Notes under the pieces: model-generated
What the model was told of the DNA's origin: nothing
Databases searched by the model: none
What the model saw: the letters and a program-made list of their open reading frames with translations, nothing else
NCBI GenBank assembly: GCA_965644295.1
Contig: CBFFRP010000141.1
Coordinates: 186,001 to 250,000 of the forward strand
Length of the DNA: 64,000 bases
DNA from: Paraphysomonas bandaiensis
Lineage: Eukaryota; Protista; Chrysophyceae
Direction of reading: 5' to 3'
Made by a program: the position numbers and the translations under genes
Part shown: in pieces, positions 45,789-59,592 of the stretch
Numbering within the stretch: the stretch's first letter is position 1
Layout: each line of letters begins with the position of its first letter

Positions 45789-47440
45789 ATGATGAATAAT
45801 TTCAAGATTGTGACGGATGTGTCGAAGGGAAGGTGTTTGGAAAGCACCGCATCGTTCTCTGTCGGGGATGTTATATTCGAGGAAGATGCGATTCTGTTTG
45901 GCAGCGCCGATGACGATAATGATTTAGTTGAGCGTAATGTCTATGATTTTCTTTCAGAGTATAACCCTCAGCAGGGTATTTCATTAGATGATATTTGTAA
46001 TTTTGCTTTTGATTTATCTAAAATGGATCGTGTGGAGAGTTTGGACAGTGTACGCTGCTTCCTCCAAGCTGTGGTTTACGTATTACGGTTCTCCAAACTT
46101 AACGACGATGTGAATATCCCGTCATCATTGAAGGTCCAACTTGAGTTATTAAACCAACTGCAGCCGTCATCTCAAGCGCACTTCGAGAAGGTCGTGACAA
46201 AAGTAAGAAAGAAGCACAAGAAAGTTATTCCATCTTCCATTTCTAATTCCCTCGCCGGACGACTATTAGGTATTTGCGTAACATAATCATGTGTGGTACC
46301 GCTAGTTGTTACCTCCTTTTTTCCTGCAGGTGTGGTGTGTAATAACCAGATGGAACTTGATCAGTACGGCGGCTCGGCAGTATTTCCAACATGTGCCATC
46401 ACGGAGCACAGTTGCACTCCAAACTGCTCATTTTCCACCCGTTCTCCTACTGACTCGAACCATAGAGTGATAATAACTGCTGTCAAAGATATCGTACCTG
46501 GTGAGTATAATGACAACATTGTGTTCGGAGTGGTAAATCCATTTGTATTATTTATATTTACCCAGTGTAATGCTGCAACTTACCAGGTGATCGTTTAAGT
46601 ATAGACTATGGTAACAACTTCTATCATTCTCGACGTGTACGTGTAACTCATCTGAGAAATGTTTACGGTTTTGAATGCTCTTGCCCTTTATGTGCCATCC
46701 CGCCCTCTGTGCCTTTGGTAGATCACTTCCGAGTGTTCACCTGTCTCTCATGTGGGACCGGGAAGGCCTGTATTGTGTACTCACAAGGTACTGACAGTCC
46801 CGTAGCTGTAGATGGAGAAGAAGATGAGGAAGTAATGATATCATGTGTATGTCAAGATTGTGGGTGGACAGCGGATGAAGACCAGACGGCAACGTTTATA
46901 GCCCTTGAGGAGGACTTGTGCGACAACCAACCGGAAAATTGGCCGGAGTATCAGGTGTGGTTACGATCTGTCACTAGTACTGGTTTGGTTGGCTGCACCA
47001 TGCATGGACACCATTATATGCGGTTTTGGTTAGAAGATGATATGGGCATGTGTGCGACGGAAGAAGCTGAGATGCTTGAGGGGCAGAATGCCGTTGAGTT
47101 TTATGATAGGGCAGTGGACATATTTTCTGAGTTAGTCATGAAAATGGACTCTAATCCTGGTGTACCTGAGGTACACAGCGAAAAAGTAATCTACAGAGAC
47201 CGTATAGGGCAGCTACTGATAGCTGCTGCTGATGCGTGCAATGTTATGGGCGACGGTGACAAACGCGAGAATTATCTGAAGCGCGCTCAAGAATTATTTA
47301 CGGAAGCCTTTCAAATTAGCGTTTTGTGTGCTGGGATTCTTGCACCGAATACACAACAGCTTAAGGTGTTGGCGGAATCAACTCCGTCTACAGTCAGTGA
47401 GCTCAGGGCACACTATAATAAATACCTTCCCCGAAGATAG
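45789..47440 (+). CDS. SMYD-like SET-domain protein (3 exons; introns ~46270-46329 and 46501-46586)
   Basis: KGRCL..GDVIFEE; EHSCTPNC; AVKDIVPG|DRLSIDY; post-SET YGFECSCPLC; additional CxxC pairs. Confidence 0.85.
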
Positions 47441-47973
47441 GTCATGTAGTATTATTTTAACTAATACATAACTTATATATTCCTACATATGTATGCATTC
47501 ACTATCGGACTTTGTTAGAGTCCTACTATGGTCGCACAATAGAAACGCAACGCATGAAAATGAGCTCTAGTTCAAAGTTTTTGTCAATGAAAAAGATGTC
47601 TAAAGTTTTGAGTTTTGCTTATTGATAAGCTTAAATTGCAGCTTATCGTCATTACGTCGAGACAAAAAGGGGATAAAGTAAAAGTAGGGTAATCTTAACC
47701 AGTGGATTGAATCCATTACATATACAAAGCTATATAATATATAAGTATGGAAGTAGGCGAGAGTCTGGAGCTAATTATTCTATACTTGTTGCAATAAAAA
47801 ATAGATTGTTTTGAGATAGAATTTAGTAAACAAAAGTAATGCATCTCCGATGAGATGATCATAAATCATAACAATGTTTATAAAATACGTAAGATCTACA
47901 ATAGCCCAATATTAATGAATTATGAATTATTTGCGAACAACGTAGTGGTAGCACATGTATGCAAAAATGATAC

Positions 47974-48985
47974 TTAATATTTTCCTAGTGTTCCATCCAA
48001 CATCTGAATGAGCTTCATATCAAATTCGTCGAGATGTACTTTATTTATATCCAACAGCCCTGCATTTGATCGAATATGGTGTGCATTTGTGGACTTTGGA
48101 ATTGCAATACCGCCTAGTTCCAAAACCCATGTGTAAACGACAGATGCCACAGTGGTATTGTGCTTTTTCGCTACAGAGGTCAACGTCGGGTCCTCCAACA
48201 CAGGATTGCGGTTGACACCATCAATATAAGCCCATTGATAACCCATAGAGCTGTAGGCCATATAAACAATGCCAAACTCTCTACATAATGCGCGAACCTC
48301 GCTATCCTGCCGAAAAGGGTCCATCCAATTCTGCACAACCGCCACGCGTGTATTTGCTATTTCCAAGAGATCTCTCAGCTGGTCAACATGAAAGTTGCTG
48401 ACCCCAATGGCAGCAACAGTTCCTTCCGAGTGAAGTCTTTCGAGGTTTTTCCAGGCATTAATCCAGCTATACTGTGCCTCTTCTGGCGTGCAGTGTCCAC
48501 CCCAGCAGAATGGTGCATGTAGGAGTGCTACATCCAGCTTTCGACGATGTCCGTACAGATCCATCATCGACTTTTCTAGGCTAATTCGCATAGGATCCAG
48601 TCTATAAAAAGATTTATAGAATTATCAATACAAAACAATCAAGGTAGTATACTTAGTTATACCTATAAGATCTAGGATGAATTTTAGTGACCACCACTAG
48701 CGGTGTCTGGAATTCTTCACTGTAACATTCTCTAATAGCAGCACCCACATCTCTTTCACTATACCACTCTACAGCTTGCGCAGAATCAATAAGCCGAACG
48801 CCTTCATTTAACGCAGTGCATGTAGCATCTTTAGTATTCCGCCCCATGCCAGCTGTACCTATACCGATTCGGGGCATTTGAATATCATGAGACACATAAA
48901 CACTCCGAGAGTTATCAAGCTTCGATGTCCCAATCCCAAAAAAATAGAGCGCAATGATGAGGCCGTGGAGACCACTGGTAATCAT
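47974..48985 (-). CDS. Aldo-keto reductase with N-terminal hydrophobic segment (2+ exons; start uncertain)
   Basis: MPRIGIGT, LIDSAQ..WY.E, VTKIHP, LLHAP, IGVSNF, AYSSMG and IPKS..HIRSN. Confidence 0.88.
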
Positions 48986-49384
48986 TGCAACAACGAAATA
49001 ATTGAATGCTGTCAATCTAGAAAAGAAATGAAGTTCATGATCTCCAACAGACCTTCATAGCAGGGGGAACTACTCCTGTACTGTACCATATACAGCAGTC
49101 CAAGTAGAGTATGAGAATTGGATCAGGATCAGGATCGGGATATCCGGTACATACAGCAGCAGAGTACGGTATTATCCACGCAGTATTCTATTCAGTATTC
49201 CAGCATCTCGTGTGTTGGTTGCGTATGATATGGGCGAATGGGATACAGAGCACTGTGGCTCATGCATGGCATGGATGCCACCCTCTGATGGGTTACTCAG
49301 ATATATACATGATTCCGACCCTGTGAAGATCCTGGTTCCTTGTAGATGACTGTGATAGCTGTGAGGCGAGGCAAATAAGGCGAC

Positions 49385-51166
49385 ATGAACCCCGACTCCT
49401 TCATATGTCCGTACCCGTTAGTGTCTGCTCCTGGTAATAAGACTTACCCGGATAAGTACACCACTCACTGGGCCTACAAAGAGGGAAACTGTGCTGTGAG
49501 GTGCCCCACTATCGTCCTCACCGAGAACGAGTTCTCTGAATTCAATGATACTGTGTTCCACATCGCAATCGTCTCGTTCGTTATGTCTCTAGTTGTGCTG
49601 TTGTTTCATATGCAGGAGGCCAAGAGATACTACGTACGCATATTGTTTATACTGGGGTTCGCATGCAGTTCAGTTATTTTTATATTCTTTTATCCATTGA
49701 ACAAGGACTATGATATCATATGCAGCGATGACAGAGCGCATTACATCGAAAAAGATCCTTTATGTGTATTTCAGGCTTTCCTGATTATTTATTGTTTTCT
49801 GTGGGTTGCGATATGGGGAGCGGTATACTCGATGGACATATATTTAGTCACATCTTTTTCTCTCACTCGACGTGAAATTGAAAATCTAAGAAAATATTAC
49901 TTGGGGTTTGTCGCGCTGACAGCCGGAGTCTTGTCTTGTATTGGGTTATTTTCCGGAAATCTTGGATATGACTACACCACATCATTGCCAAATTGTTTAT
50001 TTTTATATGCGGAGGAAGACTTATTTTTTTGGCTTACTCTGGTGCTACCGTACTCTGTGTGTGTGTCGATATGCACCGTGGCATCTGTCCGCACTGCCTA
50101 CCGATTACATAAGGTTTTCGTCTACTCTCGTCGTGTTCGTCGGACTGGACATGTAGCCTCCAACTCTTCCTCGCCAATCCTGACTAGCATTATCAACTGC
50201 GTGCGAATATCACTATGGATTACAAAGAGAAGTGAAACGAGTGGTGATAATAGTGCTACAGCTGCCCGTAAAAATACTGTAGATTCAACACGTGATGACT
50301 CCATCGACGGCATTGGCCGGGAGTGGAGTCTTGATATCGACTCAACGGTCACACATATTCCGCATTTAGCCGATATAGTTGTCTCTCCTTTGCCTCGTTT
50401 ACGTCCAACAGCAGTACCAGACCCAGACGGTGGACTAAGCATATACTCCGAGAATTCGGAAGGTCCCATACCGAATACTTCTGAAGACGGTATGGAGCTC
50501 TCTCCCAGTAATAGCAGTACGAAAACCTCTGTTATCCCTGATGATAACGATATGGAAGAAGCGGATAGCAGCTCCAAGGTGAAGTTTTCTCAAAGTAGTG
50601 AGTCGTCTAGACGCATAGAACTTAGTCCGCGAACGGCATCAAATACGACATCTGGCACTGCGACCGTAAGCTGTACCGATGACAGGAGCCCAGCTGGGGT
50701 GAGTATGGTGGGAATTCTTGCAAACACTTTTTCTGATACGTGGAAGTACAATGGCCGCGTTTTGATATTTCTAGCTGTTTATTGTCTACTTTCTTGGTAT
50801 GTCATACCAACATTTATATACCTATTCCAGACGTCATACGACGACCATGTAGACAGTGCGAATGATTATGTTGAATGCCTGATTACTGCTTCATTTTTGT
50901 CTCCACTTCAAACTCAGACAGCAGTTGACTCATTTGCGAAGGAAATGTGTGGCAAGTATCCGACTCCAAGGCCACCTATTAAACTGGTATGTCCTTTACA
51001 TGTATATCCATACTTTTCTAAGACCTGTATTTAGCTTGTGTCGATAGTGTATTGGGCCGCCGCATTTGGAATCATACCAGCATTGATTTTTGGTAGTATT
51101 GTGGTAAATAAGTTCCAGGAGTGGATGAATGCATTGTTACGTCGTGCACAACCGAGAAACATGTAA
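49385..51166 (+). CDS. Frizzled/Smoothened-like 7TM receptor with no CRD seen (intron 50987-51034)
   Basis: N-terminal CPYPLV..CAVRCP linker; seven hydrophobic segments; TM3 start LCVFQ..Y.F....W; Cys in ECL2 and ECL3; long Ser-rich ICL3; last exon LVSIVYWAAAFGIIPALIFG. Confidence 0.7.
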
Positions 51167-51321
51167 ATAATTTTACTTTGTTCAGATGTCTGTGTCGTGT
51201 ACAACTGCACTTACAGTGCGGTCTTTTGTGCTGAATACGTAATGTCTAGAGCTTCATTAGTGAGAGCTAAAATAGTTGTACATGGCAATAAATGCCAGTA
51301 CTGAATATTATATTATAATGG

Positions 51322-51430
51322 TATATATTGCAATAGTATTGTTGGGCCGGTTCAAAAGCCTCCATCAACAGTATTGATGATGCAACGCTATCTAACCATA
51401 GTATTGCAATATACTGTTACTGAAGCCTAG
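51322..51430. repeat. Degenerate inverted fragment of hAT family A
   Basis: Reverse complement resembles the family A subterminal region (ATATTGCAATAGTATTG, CCATCAACAGTATTGATG). Confidence 0.6.
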
Positions 51431-51523
51431 TTGACTAGTTGAGAGTAGTCCGTATAGCGTTTTGGTAGAATTCAAAACTCAAATATGTTCTGTACAATTA
51501 TAGGAAGTCGGGGTTTCTTATAG

Positions 51524-51665
51524 CAGGGATAGGGAAAAATATATTGCAATACTATTGTTAGGAGTTCCATCAATAGTATTGATGGAGTTTTTAAACCGGG
51601 CCTACAATACTATTGCAATATATTGTACAATGTATTGCAATACAATATATTGTTCCCTATCCCTG
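51524..51665. mobile_element. 142-bp MITE of hAT family A
   Basis: CAGGGATAGGGAA..TTCCCTATCCCTG; TSD TCTTATAG/CCTTATAG. Confidence 0.88.
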
Positions 51666-51735
51666 CCTTATAGGCTTATAGGACGAGATTTATAGGACAG
51701 AGAACTCGCTACTTTGGCTCAGAGGCTGTTTCTAG

Positions 51736-52780
51736 CAGGGCTGCGTATCAATTAATTGATTTTCAATTAATTGCAATTAATTGTCAATTATTGAAATTGC
51801 AATTGTTGAAATTGGGACATCGATTCATAATTGCAATTATAATTGACTCCAGCTAGCTTCAATTAATTGTCAATTAATTGCAATTAATTGTCAATTAATT
51901 GCAATTAATTGATATTAAAAATCCCACCTTTTTATGCTGAAAAGTTGTTAAAAAACGGCATTTTTAGTAAAAATATCCAATTTTTGGATAAAAATCGAAA
52001 ATTGGTGAAAGACTATAATATCCGTAGGATTATCTCACATAGTAATTCATTTAATTAATTAGCGATAGGAGCAACAAATTGGCACCAGAAGTCATTGCAC
52101 GAGTGTTATTTGAGAAAGTAAATGATGATAATAACAACGAAGAGGCTGCAATAGAGATTTGTCCTGCAGGAAAGGGGCTCCACATTTTCCGTGATTGATC
52201 GCTACTTGCTTCTAATCATATGCGATCTTTCGAGTTTGGTTCCAATGTGTTAAAAGTCTAATTGTAGGACTATCCACTTATATACAGAGTATATATATGT
52301 ATATTATGCCCTGCATTATAAAAATAAGTGTAGTACAATTACAGAAGTAAGGTTAACACCAGCTTCACTTCCACGACGTTTGCACATTGATTGACGAACC
52401 CTTCATAATGAACCCTTCATAATGCAGCGGAAGCGAGCAAGACATAATCAGCAAACTCGTTACGGATGAAACACTTGCATAGCACAACCAATAAGTTGAG
52501 AGGTTGTTCAGTAGAGCTAGGATTGTTCTGACGGGCTTGCTCAAGAGCTTGACTCCTCAACATTTAGTGCTAATTATGTTTTTACGCATGAATCGTTGCC
52601 TCTAGAATGAAATGACAGTTGAGGTAGCTATATACGCAGCTAGTGTATTTTAGTACTAAATAATTGCAATTAATTGCAGTTAATTGCAATAGTTGAAATT
52701 GAGACAGCAAGTAATAATTGCAATTATAATTGACTACAACCTGCGTTAATTAATTGACAATTAATTGATACGCAGCCCTG
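51736..52780 (+). mobile_element. Non-autonomous hAT element, family B (1045 bp)
   Basis: TIR CAGGGCTGCGTATCAATTAATTG; perfect 8-bp TSD GTTTCTAG; CAATTAATTG subterminal repeats; remnant VERLFSRARIVLTGLLKSLTPQHLVLIMFLRMNR of the hAT dimerisation domain. Confidence 0.93.
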
Positions 52781-53188
52781 GTTTCTAGAACTAGGTATGT
52801 AAAATTATAGATAGAGCAACTGTGAAATTTAAGAATACTAATTACAGTTAAGGATAGAGCCTCTTATTGAAGTATTGTGTTACTCTTTACTTAATATTGA
52901 GTTATTATTATTGGTAACAATCAGTTTACCGAATCGATTACTACAATGCCAACGATCACTTGCGGTAATTCACCACAACACTCCGCTATCTATTCAGACA
53001 AAAACTCTATACAATACGATTCATAACCGCCCAGTAAATTATGTATTCTTTCAGGGTACGCAACATAATTGCGGGAAACTGCGGAATTTACAAACAGCAC
53101 GAATATTAATATTATACCATTTAAACCGAGTGCGTAAAACACCGTCCGAGTCAATAGTAATATAGAAAGTATCTCAGGTTTTCTCTAA

Positions 53189-55342
53189 CTATTCTGAATT
53201 TCCAGGTTCATCATTTACTTCAGGCACCATTGACTTGTGCACCATCAAACTAGACCTAGAACCGACAGCTTCTGAAACTGAAGAAAAGCCATTATCATTC
53301 AAAATCTGCTTCAGCTCCCGCTTTATCCTAGTCATAATTCACATGAGAACGATTGATATAGATTACTGCTATTGATTGACACCGCACATATAAACATTTA
53401 TTTTACCTTTTCGCGGTCCCTGGCCCCCTGTACACTAGCATAGTGTAGACCTGCACAAGAGAGGCACCGGCACAGATCTTCTCAAAGGCATCTTTACCAT
53501 CTGATATACCCCCCACACCAATGATAGGTACCTACAGCAATATGAGAGGCATTGCCGATAGACAATGCAACTATTGGACTTGTACACGAATATAAACTAA
53601 TTTCCACATACATAATGCAGATACAGGGTGATGAGGTCATTACCTGGCCACTTGTCAGGTCGTACATATTGGCTATGACAGCAGTGGATATATCGCGCAG
53701 AGGTCGACCGCTTAGACCACCTGAACAAGCAGATGTAAACATAAACACATAGCTTCACTGCATAGTTTAAATATCAGGTGAATGGGTAAAGCACAGGTGA
53801 ATTACAACGTTGAATGATCAGCAGTTTCACCTGCTTCGATCGCATGTGATGAACGCAGAGAGCTGGGTCTAGATATCGTTGTATTACTGACTATTAGCCC
53901 GTCTACAGTGCCCTTCATATCAAGAATCAACTCTGCAATATCATGCATTTCGTCCTTCGAGAGATCAGGAGAAATCTGTGATAAAATTGCTCGTCATGGA
54001 CACATTTCACCTTGTGAACAAAACTACGAGTGCAAAATCTAAGTGCCGTTAATCATACTTCTAATGGCACGTTCCGAGCATATATACAGGAAAGGGGCGT
54101 ACATAATCATACCTTCACAAGCAGTGGGGTTCTGGATGGAATCTTAGGAGAGGGTGCTTTGGCAGGCAACTCAAAAAAGGTTAGCGGACGGGAAAAACTC
54201 TCTTCTTCAACTTTGCGATTTCTAATGCCAATTTTGGCAAGATGTGCCCTGTCTCTGGCCTGAAACAAGGTTACAGAGTTGAAATCTAATGAAGCTAAAT
54301 ACCCGCAGATTAAATCACACACACAAAAGATTACTTTGCAGTGCGCAACATATACCTTAGCACAGGATTCCAACACTCGCCTCATCGAATCCTTACGCTG
54401 AAGGTTTCTCAGCCCCGGAGTATTAGGAGAAGACAAGTTCACTACAATGTAGTCAGCCGCAGAGCCTAGCCTGTAGATTGGCAATTACTACGATACAAAC
54501 ATAGCACAAGCATTGTAGCCAGGTGCAAATACTATAACATTAAAAAGCCAGATTATGCTCCGTACTCTACATACTACCTATCGATGACAGCGACAAAATC
54601 TTTATGCGCATCTTCGTCCAACGTCTCTTTGTTCTTCCCAACATTCACACCCACTATCCCAGCTTCTCTTGAATCTGAAAATTGAAACAACTTTTTAGCC
54701 ACGTAGTCCATACCGGCGCTGTTGAATCCGTAGCGGTTAATTACAGCTTCATCCTCACTTAAACGGAACAAGCGGGGCTTGGGGTTGCCCGGCTGGGGCT
54801 GTGGAGTTACGCTTCCTATCTCTACAAAAGAAAACCCCAGTCCCAAGAGCCCCTTAATGGCCTTCCCATCCTTATCATACCCGGCAGCTAGGCCAATAGG
54901 ACTTGAAAAGTGTAATCCCCAGAGTGACGTATTTAGCACTGGCTCATCTTCATGCAAATCCTAAGAAGCAACGAATAATCCATATACACATCCAAACAAT
55001 TCAATAAGAGCAATCACAGTGTTGATACCTTGGGAGATATAATGGAAGCGGCCAATGCTAAGGATATATCCTGTAATAATGTCACTCGTCAAACATATAC
55101 GTAACATCACTGTGTTCACATGAGCAACTTCTGGATCCCACAGCCGCAGCCACGGCATAACAAAGTTATCAGCTATATCAAATTCCAAGTCATATACGTC
55201 TTTCGGGCAAACCAGGTAACACAGAGAAGAGCCCCCCACCACTACAGCAGCAGTCTGAACACATCAGCTTACATACAATACTGGACAACATCTCCAAACA
55301 CACCCGAACAACATCACGGACGATTCTCCAGCGACTGAACAT
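53189..55342 (-). CDS. DHODH: Dihydroorotate dehydrogenase, class 2 (mitochondrial), ~10 exons
   Basis: [58 protein letters not shown] (catalytic Ser), LVKISPDL, SNTT, GGLSG and IIGVGG. Confidence 0.96.
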
Positions 55343-55426
55343 ATCGATTAAAAAATCTAAAACAGCATTCAGATATAGTTGCCGATTAAAGCAGAAGTTC
55401 TAAACAACATAAACAATCCAGCTGTG

Positions 55427-55742
55427 GTATGTATGTATGTATGTATGTATGTATGTATGTATGTATGTATGTATGTATGTATGTATGTATGTATGTAGGT
55501 ATGTATGTATGTATGTATGTATGTATGTATGTATGTATGTATGTATGTATGTATGTATGTATGTATGTATGTATGTATGTATGTATGTATGTATGTATGT
55601 ATGTATGTATGTATGTATGTATGTATGTATGTATGTATGTATGTATGTATGTATGTATGTATGTATGTATGTATGTATGTATGTATGTATGTATGTATGT
55701 ATGTATGTATGTATGTATGTATGTATGTATGTATGTATGTAT
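55427..55742. repeat. (GTAT)n microsatellite, ~79 units
   Basis: Directly visible. Confidence 0.99.
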
Positions 55743-55856
55743 ATGTAGGTATACAGAGATAGTTGTGTGTTGGATTGAAGCAACCTATTCCCTATATATG
55801 TTGTGAATTTCTTAGGAGGCTATTTTCTGGCCCCACTGTGTGGACTGGTCGCAGTA

Positions 55857-56829
55857 ATGGTGGAGGTTAATATATCTGGACCTCTTTTGTCTATGTTAAT
55901 GAAAGAATCATTTTCGAATGGTCGTCAATCTTTCGGTGTTCTAGTTGGTGACCATAGCTTCAGAACAAGTGTGCGTTTATCGGACGCATCTGAGAATACT
56001 ACTTCAGTCTGCAGAATTGGTAAGTGTATGGTATTTCGTTAATTAATGCTATAATGGTGCGGCAGGAGTATCGAGCTATGTCTGTACTCAGCAGCACAGA
56101 CCTTTTTATCACCATGGAAAAATTAAAGCGAACAATACGTGCTTCTCTGGCGTTACTGATATCAGTGTATGCTTTTAGTATGTGTACATATCATGTTGTG
56201 ACATCACTGTTAGTCTGTCGTTGGAATTTTTGTCATTCAGAAGAACGGTATTTTGTCGCCATCGTTTCGTGACATAGAAACACTATGTGCCCTTCGGCAG
56301 GCGAAACACAGAAACCAGCCCATAATTCTTTTGCAATTATGCACCCCGGAATCATCGTGCTCCCCAAGCTGGATATATGGTGTACAGTACTCCTGTGTGG
56401 CTCTGGAGCAGGGGACTGGAAGGTTATATTCTCGTTTTTTTTTCATCTGTTGTCACTTTTTACAGAATTCTGACACCTGTGACCTTACACATTCCTAGCC
56501 TTGCCCCCGACATGGCTTCTGAGTATAGTGCTGTAGAGAGCATCTTGTCTAGTGTCAATCCCTTATCTCGAGTGCATGATCTGGACTGCAAGGGCGGCCG
56601 CAATGTAGGTTTGAGCATTCCTAGCTCAACGTCTGCGGCGTTGGCCGTCGACAGTATTCTATCCCGCGTTCGTACGGAGGCAGCAGTTGTGTCACTGCTC
56701 TGTGATATACAAGTAAAAACAATTACGCTAGTATTCGTTTTATTTACATTATTACAGGGGGAGTTACGTAGATTAGCTACACTTACTGAAGAAGTCTCCA
56801 TTCTCCGCTCCCACCCTACGCGATCATAG
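55857..56829 (+). CDS. Abraxas/FAM175-like MPN-minus protein (multi-exon; boundaries approximate)
   Basis: MVEVNISGPLLSML..FGVLVGD..LSDASE and VVGIFVIQKNGILSPSFRD resemble Abraxas (SGxxL..GFLLG..ITD..VVGW..R....TFRE); C-terminal coiled segment. Confidence 0.55.
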
Positions 56830-57296
56830 TTCCGATACAACAAGATGATTTTCAGAGTAGTTGCAGTTTGCTGATATCTTACTGCAAGGAGTTAAAACTC
56901 GCATGTTACTTCCGATGACTAGTGTGCAATGATGTATAATATAACTACAAACTACAATAATGAAAGAATTTACCCGACTGATTCCCTTTTATTTCGAAGC
57001 AGTGGCTCACTGTTTTTGATACATCTTCTTATCATTTACGATAATTCCTATTATATATGTTTTTGAGCGTTCCGTATTCCATATCATGTACAATTGGACA
57101 TGTTACAGCTAATCAAAAATAGTCTACAGGAGAACTTGTTCTGTCCACTATATGGACGCGGGCGCTAAATATAACAAGGTCTAGGTGTCAGTTCAAAGCG
57201 GTGTGAAGTAGGTGGATGTGCAGTCGAAATTTCTCTTTTTTTCTCGATACAGTGCATGTGTGCCGAGCAAAAGTATCACAGTAAATGCTTAAAAAT

Positions 57297-59592
57297 CAGG
57301 GCTAGGAAACAATGTATTGCACTACAATGGTTAGAGTGTTGAGTTCTGCAATATGATGTGATACATATTGTGCAATTGAAGTGAGTTAATAGTGTGCAAT
57401 AGGTGAAGTCAACTCATAGGTGTAACGGGTGCTTATAGGTACAAAGGAATTAAATTCAGTTACTGATATAGAACTGACTGATGAACATATGATAAACAGA
57501 TGTTGCTGAGAACAGATGTTTCAACATATATGTTACACGAATATGTAGTGAAGTGTTCAGAATAATAACTATAATTTCTTACTTGAAAGTGCATTGTGTT
57601 CAACATAGCAAGGTTAAGGTTTACGTGTAGAGCAAAGTTAACTTAAGTGAAATGTCCAATTCTAACATTTAAAAAGGCCCAACAATACAATTACAGTATA
57701 TAGCAGGGATAGGGAACAATATTTAATGCAATACTATTGTTAGATAGCGTTCCATCAATAGTATTGATGGAATTTTTAAACCGGTTCTACAATACAATTA
57801 CAATATATTGCAATATATTGTCAATGTATTGCAATATATTAGTATGACTAATCAGTAGGTAAATACATCCGTAGATTTCATTTTTAGTATTACTCATTAA
57901 GATCACATGACAACCAAACCAACTGCTGCTTATATAGCTACTAAAAATCCACCTCGTCCTCATCCTCTGAGCCATCATCAGTGAGGTCAACTTCACCATA
58001 TTCATCCACAGAATTAATTGAAATCTGTTAGTATCCGTCCATAACTATCGAATAGCTTTCAGAAACAACAGCATATTAGGTAGGATGGAAACTTTTGCGC
58101 AACACTGATATAATATGTTCAGCTGCGCTGAACAGACGTTACCATATGTATTGGAAGTACATACCAGGGCCAGGCAACCGTTAATGACTCGTGGATCTGT
58201 ACGTTTCTTAATTTTTTGAGCTGACTGGAGATTTTTAGTCGCATAGTCAACATCAGCTTCATTATCCTTTGTAGTGTTGTAATCAATTTCTCAATTATTT
58301 ATATCCATTTTGCACCCTACAGTTGAGAATCTTCTCTTATATGACTATCATAATATTGATTGCAATATATTGCAATAGTATTGTGAGCTCTTTTAACAGA
58401 AACACTATTGATGGAATATTTGACCAGTCCACCAATCAATATATTTTACAGTATATTGCAATATATTGTACAATGTATTGCAATACAATATATTGTTCCC
58501 TATCCCTGGTATGTAGTCAATGTATTCAATATATTAGTATGACTAATCGGTAAGTAAACACATCCGTAGATTCCATTTTTAGTATTAGTCATTAAGATCA
58601 CATGACAACCAAACCAACTACTGCTTATAGTTAATACAAATCCACCTCGTCCTCATCCTCTGAGCCATCATCGGTGACTGTCAACATCACCATATTCATT
58701 CACAGAAATAATTGAAATATGCTAGTATCCGGCCACAACTGTCGATTAGCTTTCAGAAACGACAGCATACTAAGAAGGATGGAAACTTTTGCGCAACACT
58801 GATATAATATGTTCAGCTGCGCTGAACAGACGTTTCCATGTATTGGAAGTACATACTACATGACTCGTGGACCTGTACGTTTCTTAATTTTTGAGCTGAC
58901 TGAAGATGTTTATTCGCATAGTCAACATCAGCTTCATCATCCTCTTCTGTATTGTTGTAATCACTGTATGAACGGAGATATATTCTAACAGCATCTTTCT
59001 CAGATCTTGTTAAATCAAATTCTTTGCCTGCTTGGATTTTTGCAATTCCATACTCACTAAATTCGGATCATAATAATGAAGCTATATTTACTTAAAGCAG
59101 ATAGGGGATACCTTGCCCCGAAGTCCATCAATAAGGCATCAAAAAATGTTCCTGCATTCATAAACCTTCACTTGACTTGATTCTCCTGTTAGAAGCAGCT
59201 TGGAAACTCTTTCAAACCTTCTCAGGTCTTGTTTGTTTCGCCTTCAACCAGACTCCAAAGCAGCGGTATATATCTCTACTCTTGTATGCATTCGTCTTAT
59301 TTATCAGTATTAATATATATGTTATATTAAGAGACTGTACATACTTGATGTGTAGAGTACTGTTTGAGCCGGCGATACATAAAATATAGAAAATAATACC
59401 AAAAATAGGCTTTTTTCTTTTTTTTTCTCGGTATTTATATCCATTTTGCCTACAGTTGAGAATCTTTCTGTATATGACTATCATAATATTGATTGCAATA
59501 TATTGTAATAGTATTGTGAGCTCTTTTAACAGAAACACTATTGATGGGATTTTTGGCCGGTCGACCAATCAATATACTGTTTCCTAGCCCTG
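57297..59592 (-). mobile_element. Older, longer hAT family A-related element with transposase remnant
   Basis: Ends CAGGGCTAGGAAACA / TGTTTCCTAGCCCTG; degenerate TSD; minus-strand remnants GIAKIQAGKEFDLTRSEKDAVRIYL..FLKANRQLW. Confidence 0.75.
57704..58508. mobile_element. hAT family A element nested within 57297-59592
   Basis: CAGGGATAGGGAACAATAT..ATATTGTTCCCTATCCCTG; TSD GTATATAG/GTATGTAG; closely similar to 3937-4685. Confidence 0.9.

Noticed and set aside
51100-51130. Frizzled KTxxxW Dishevelled-binding motif
   Set aside because: The sequence is NKFQEW, which does not fit the consensus.
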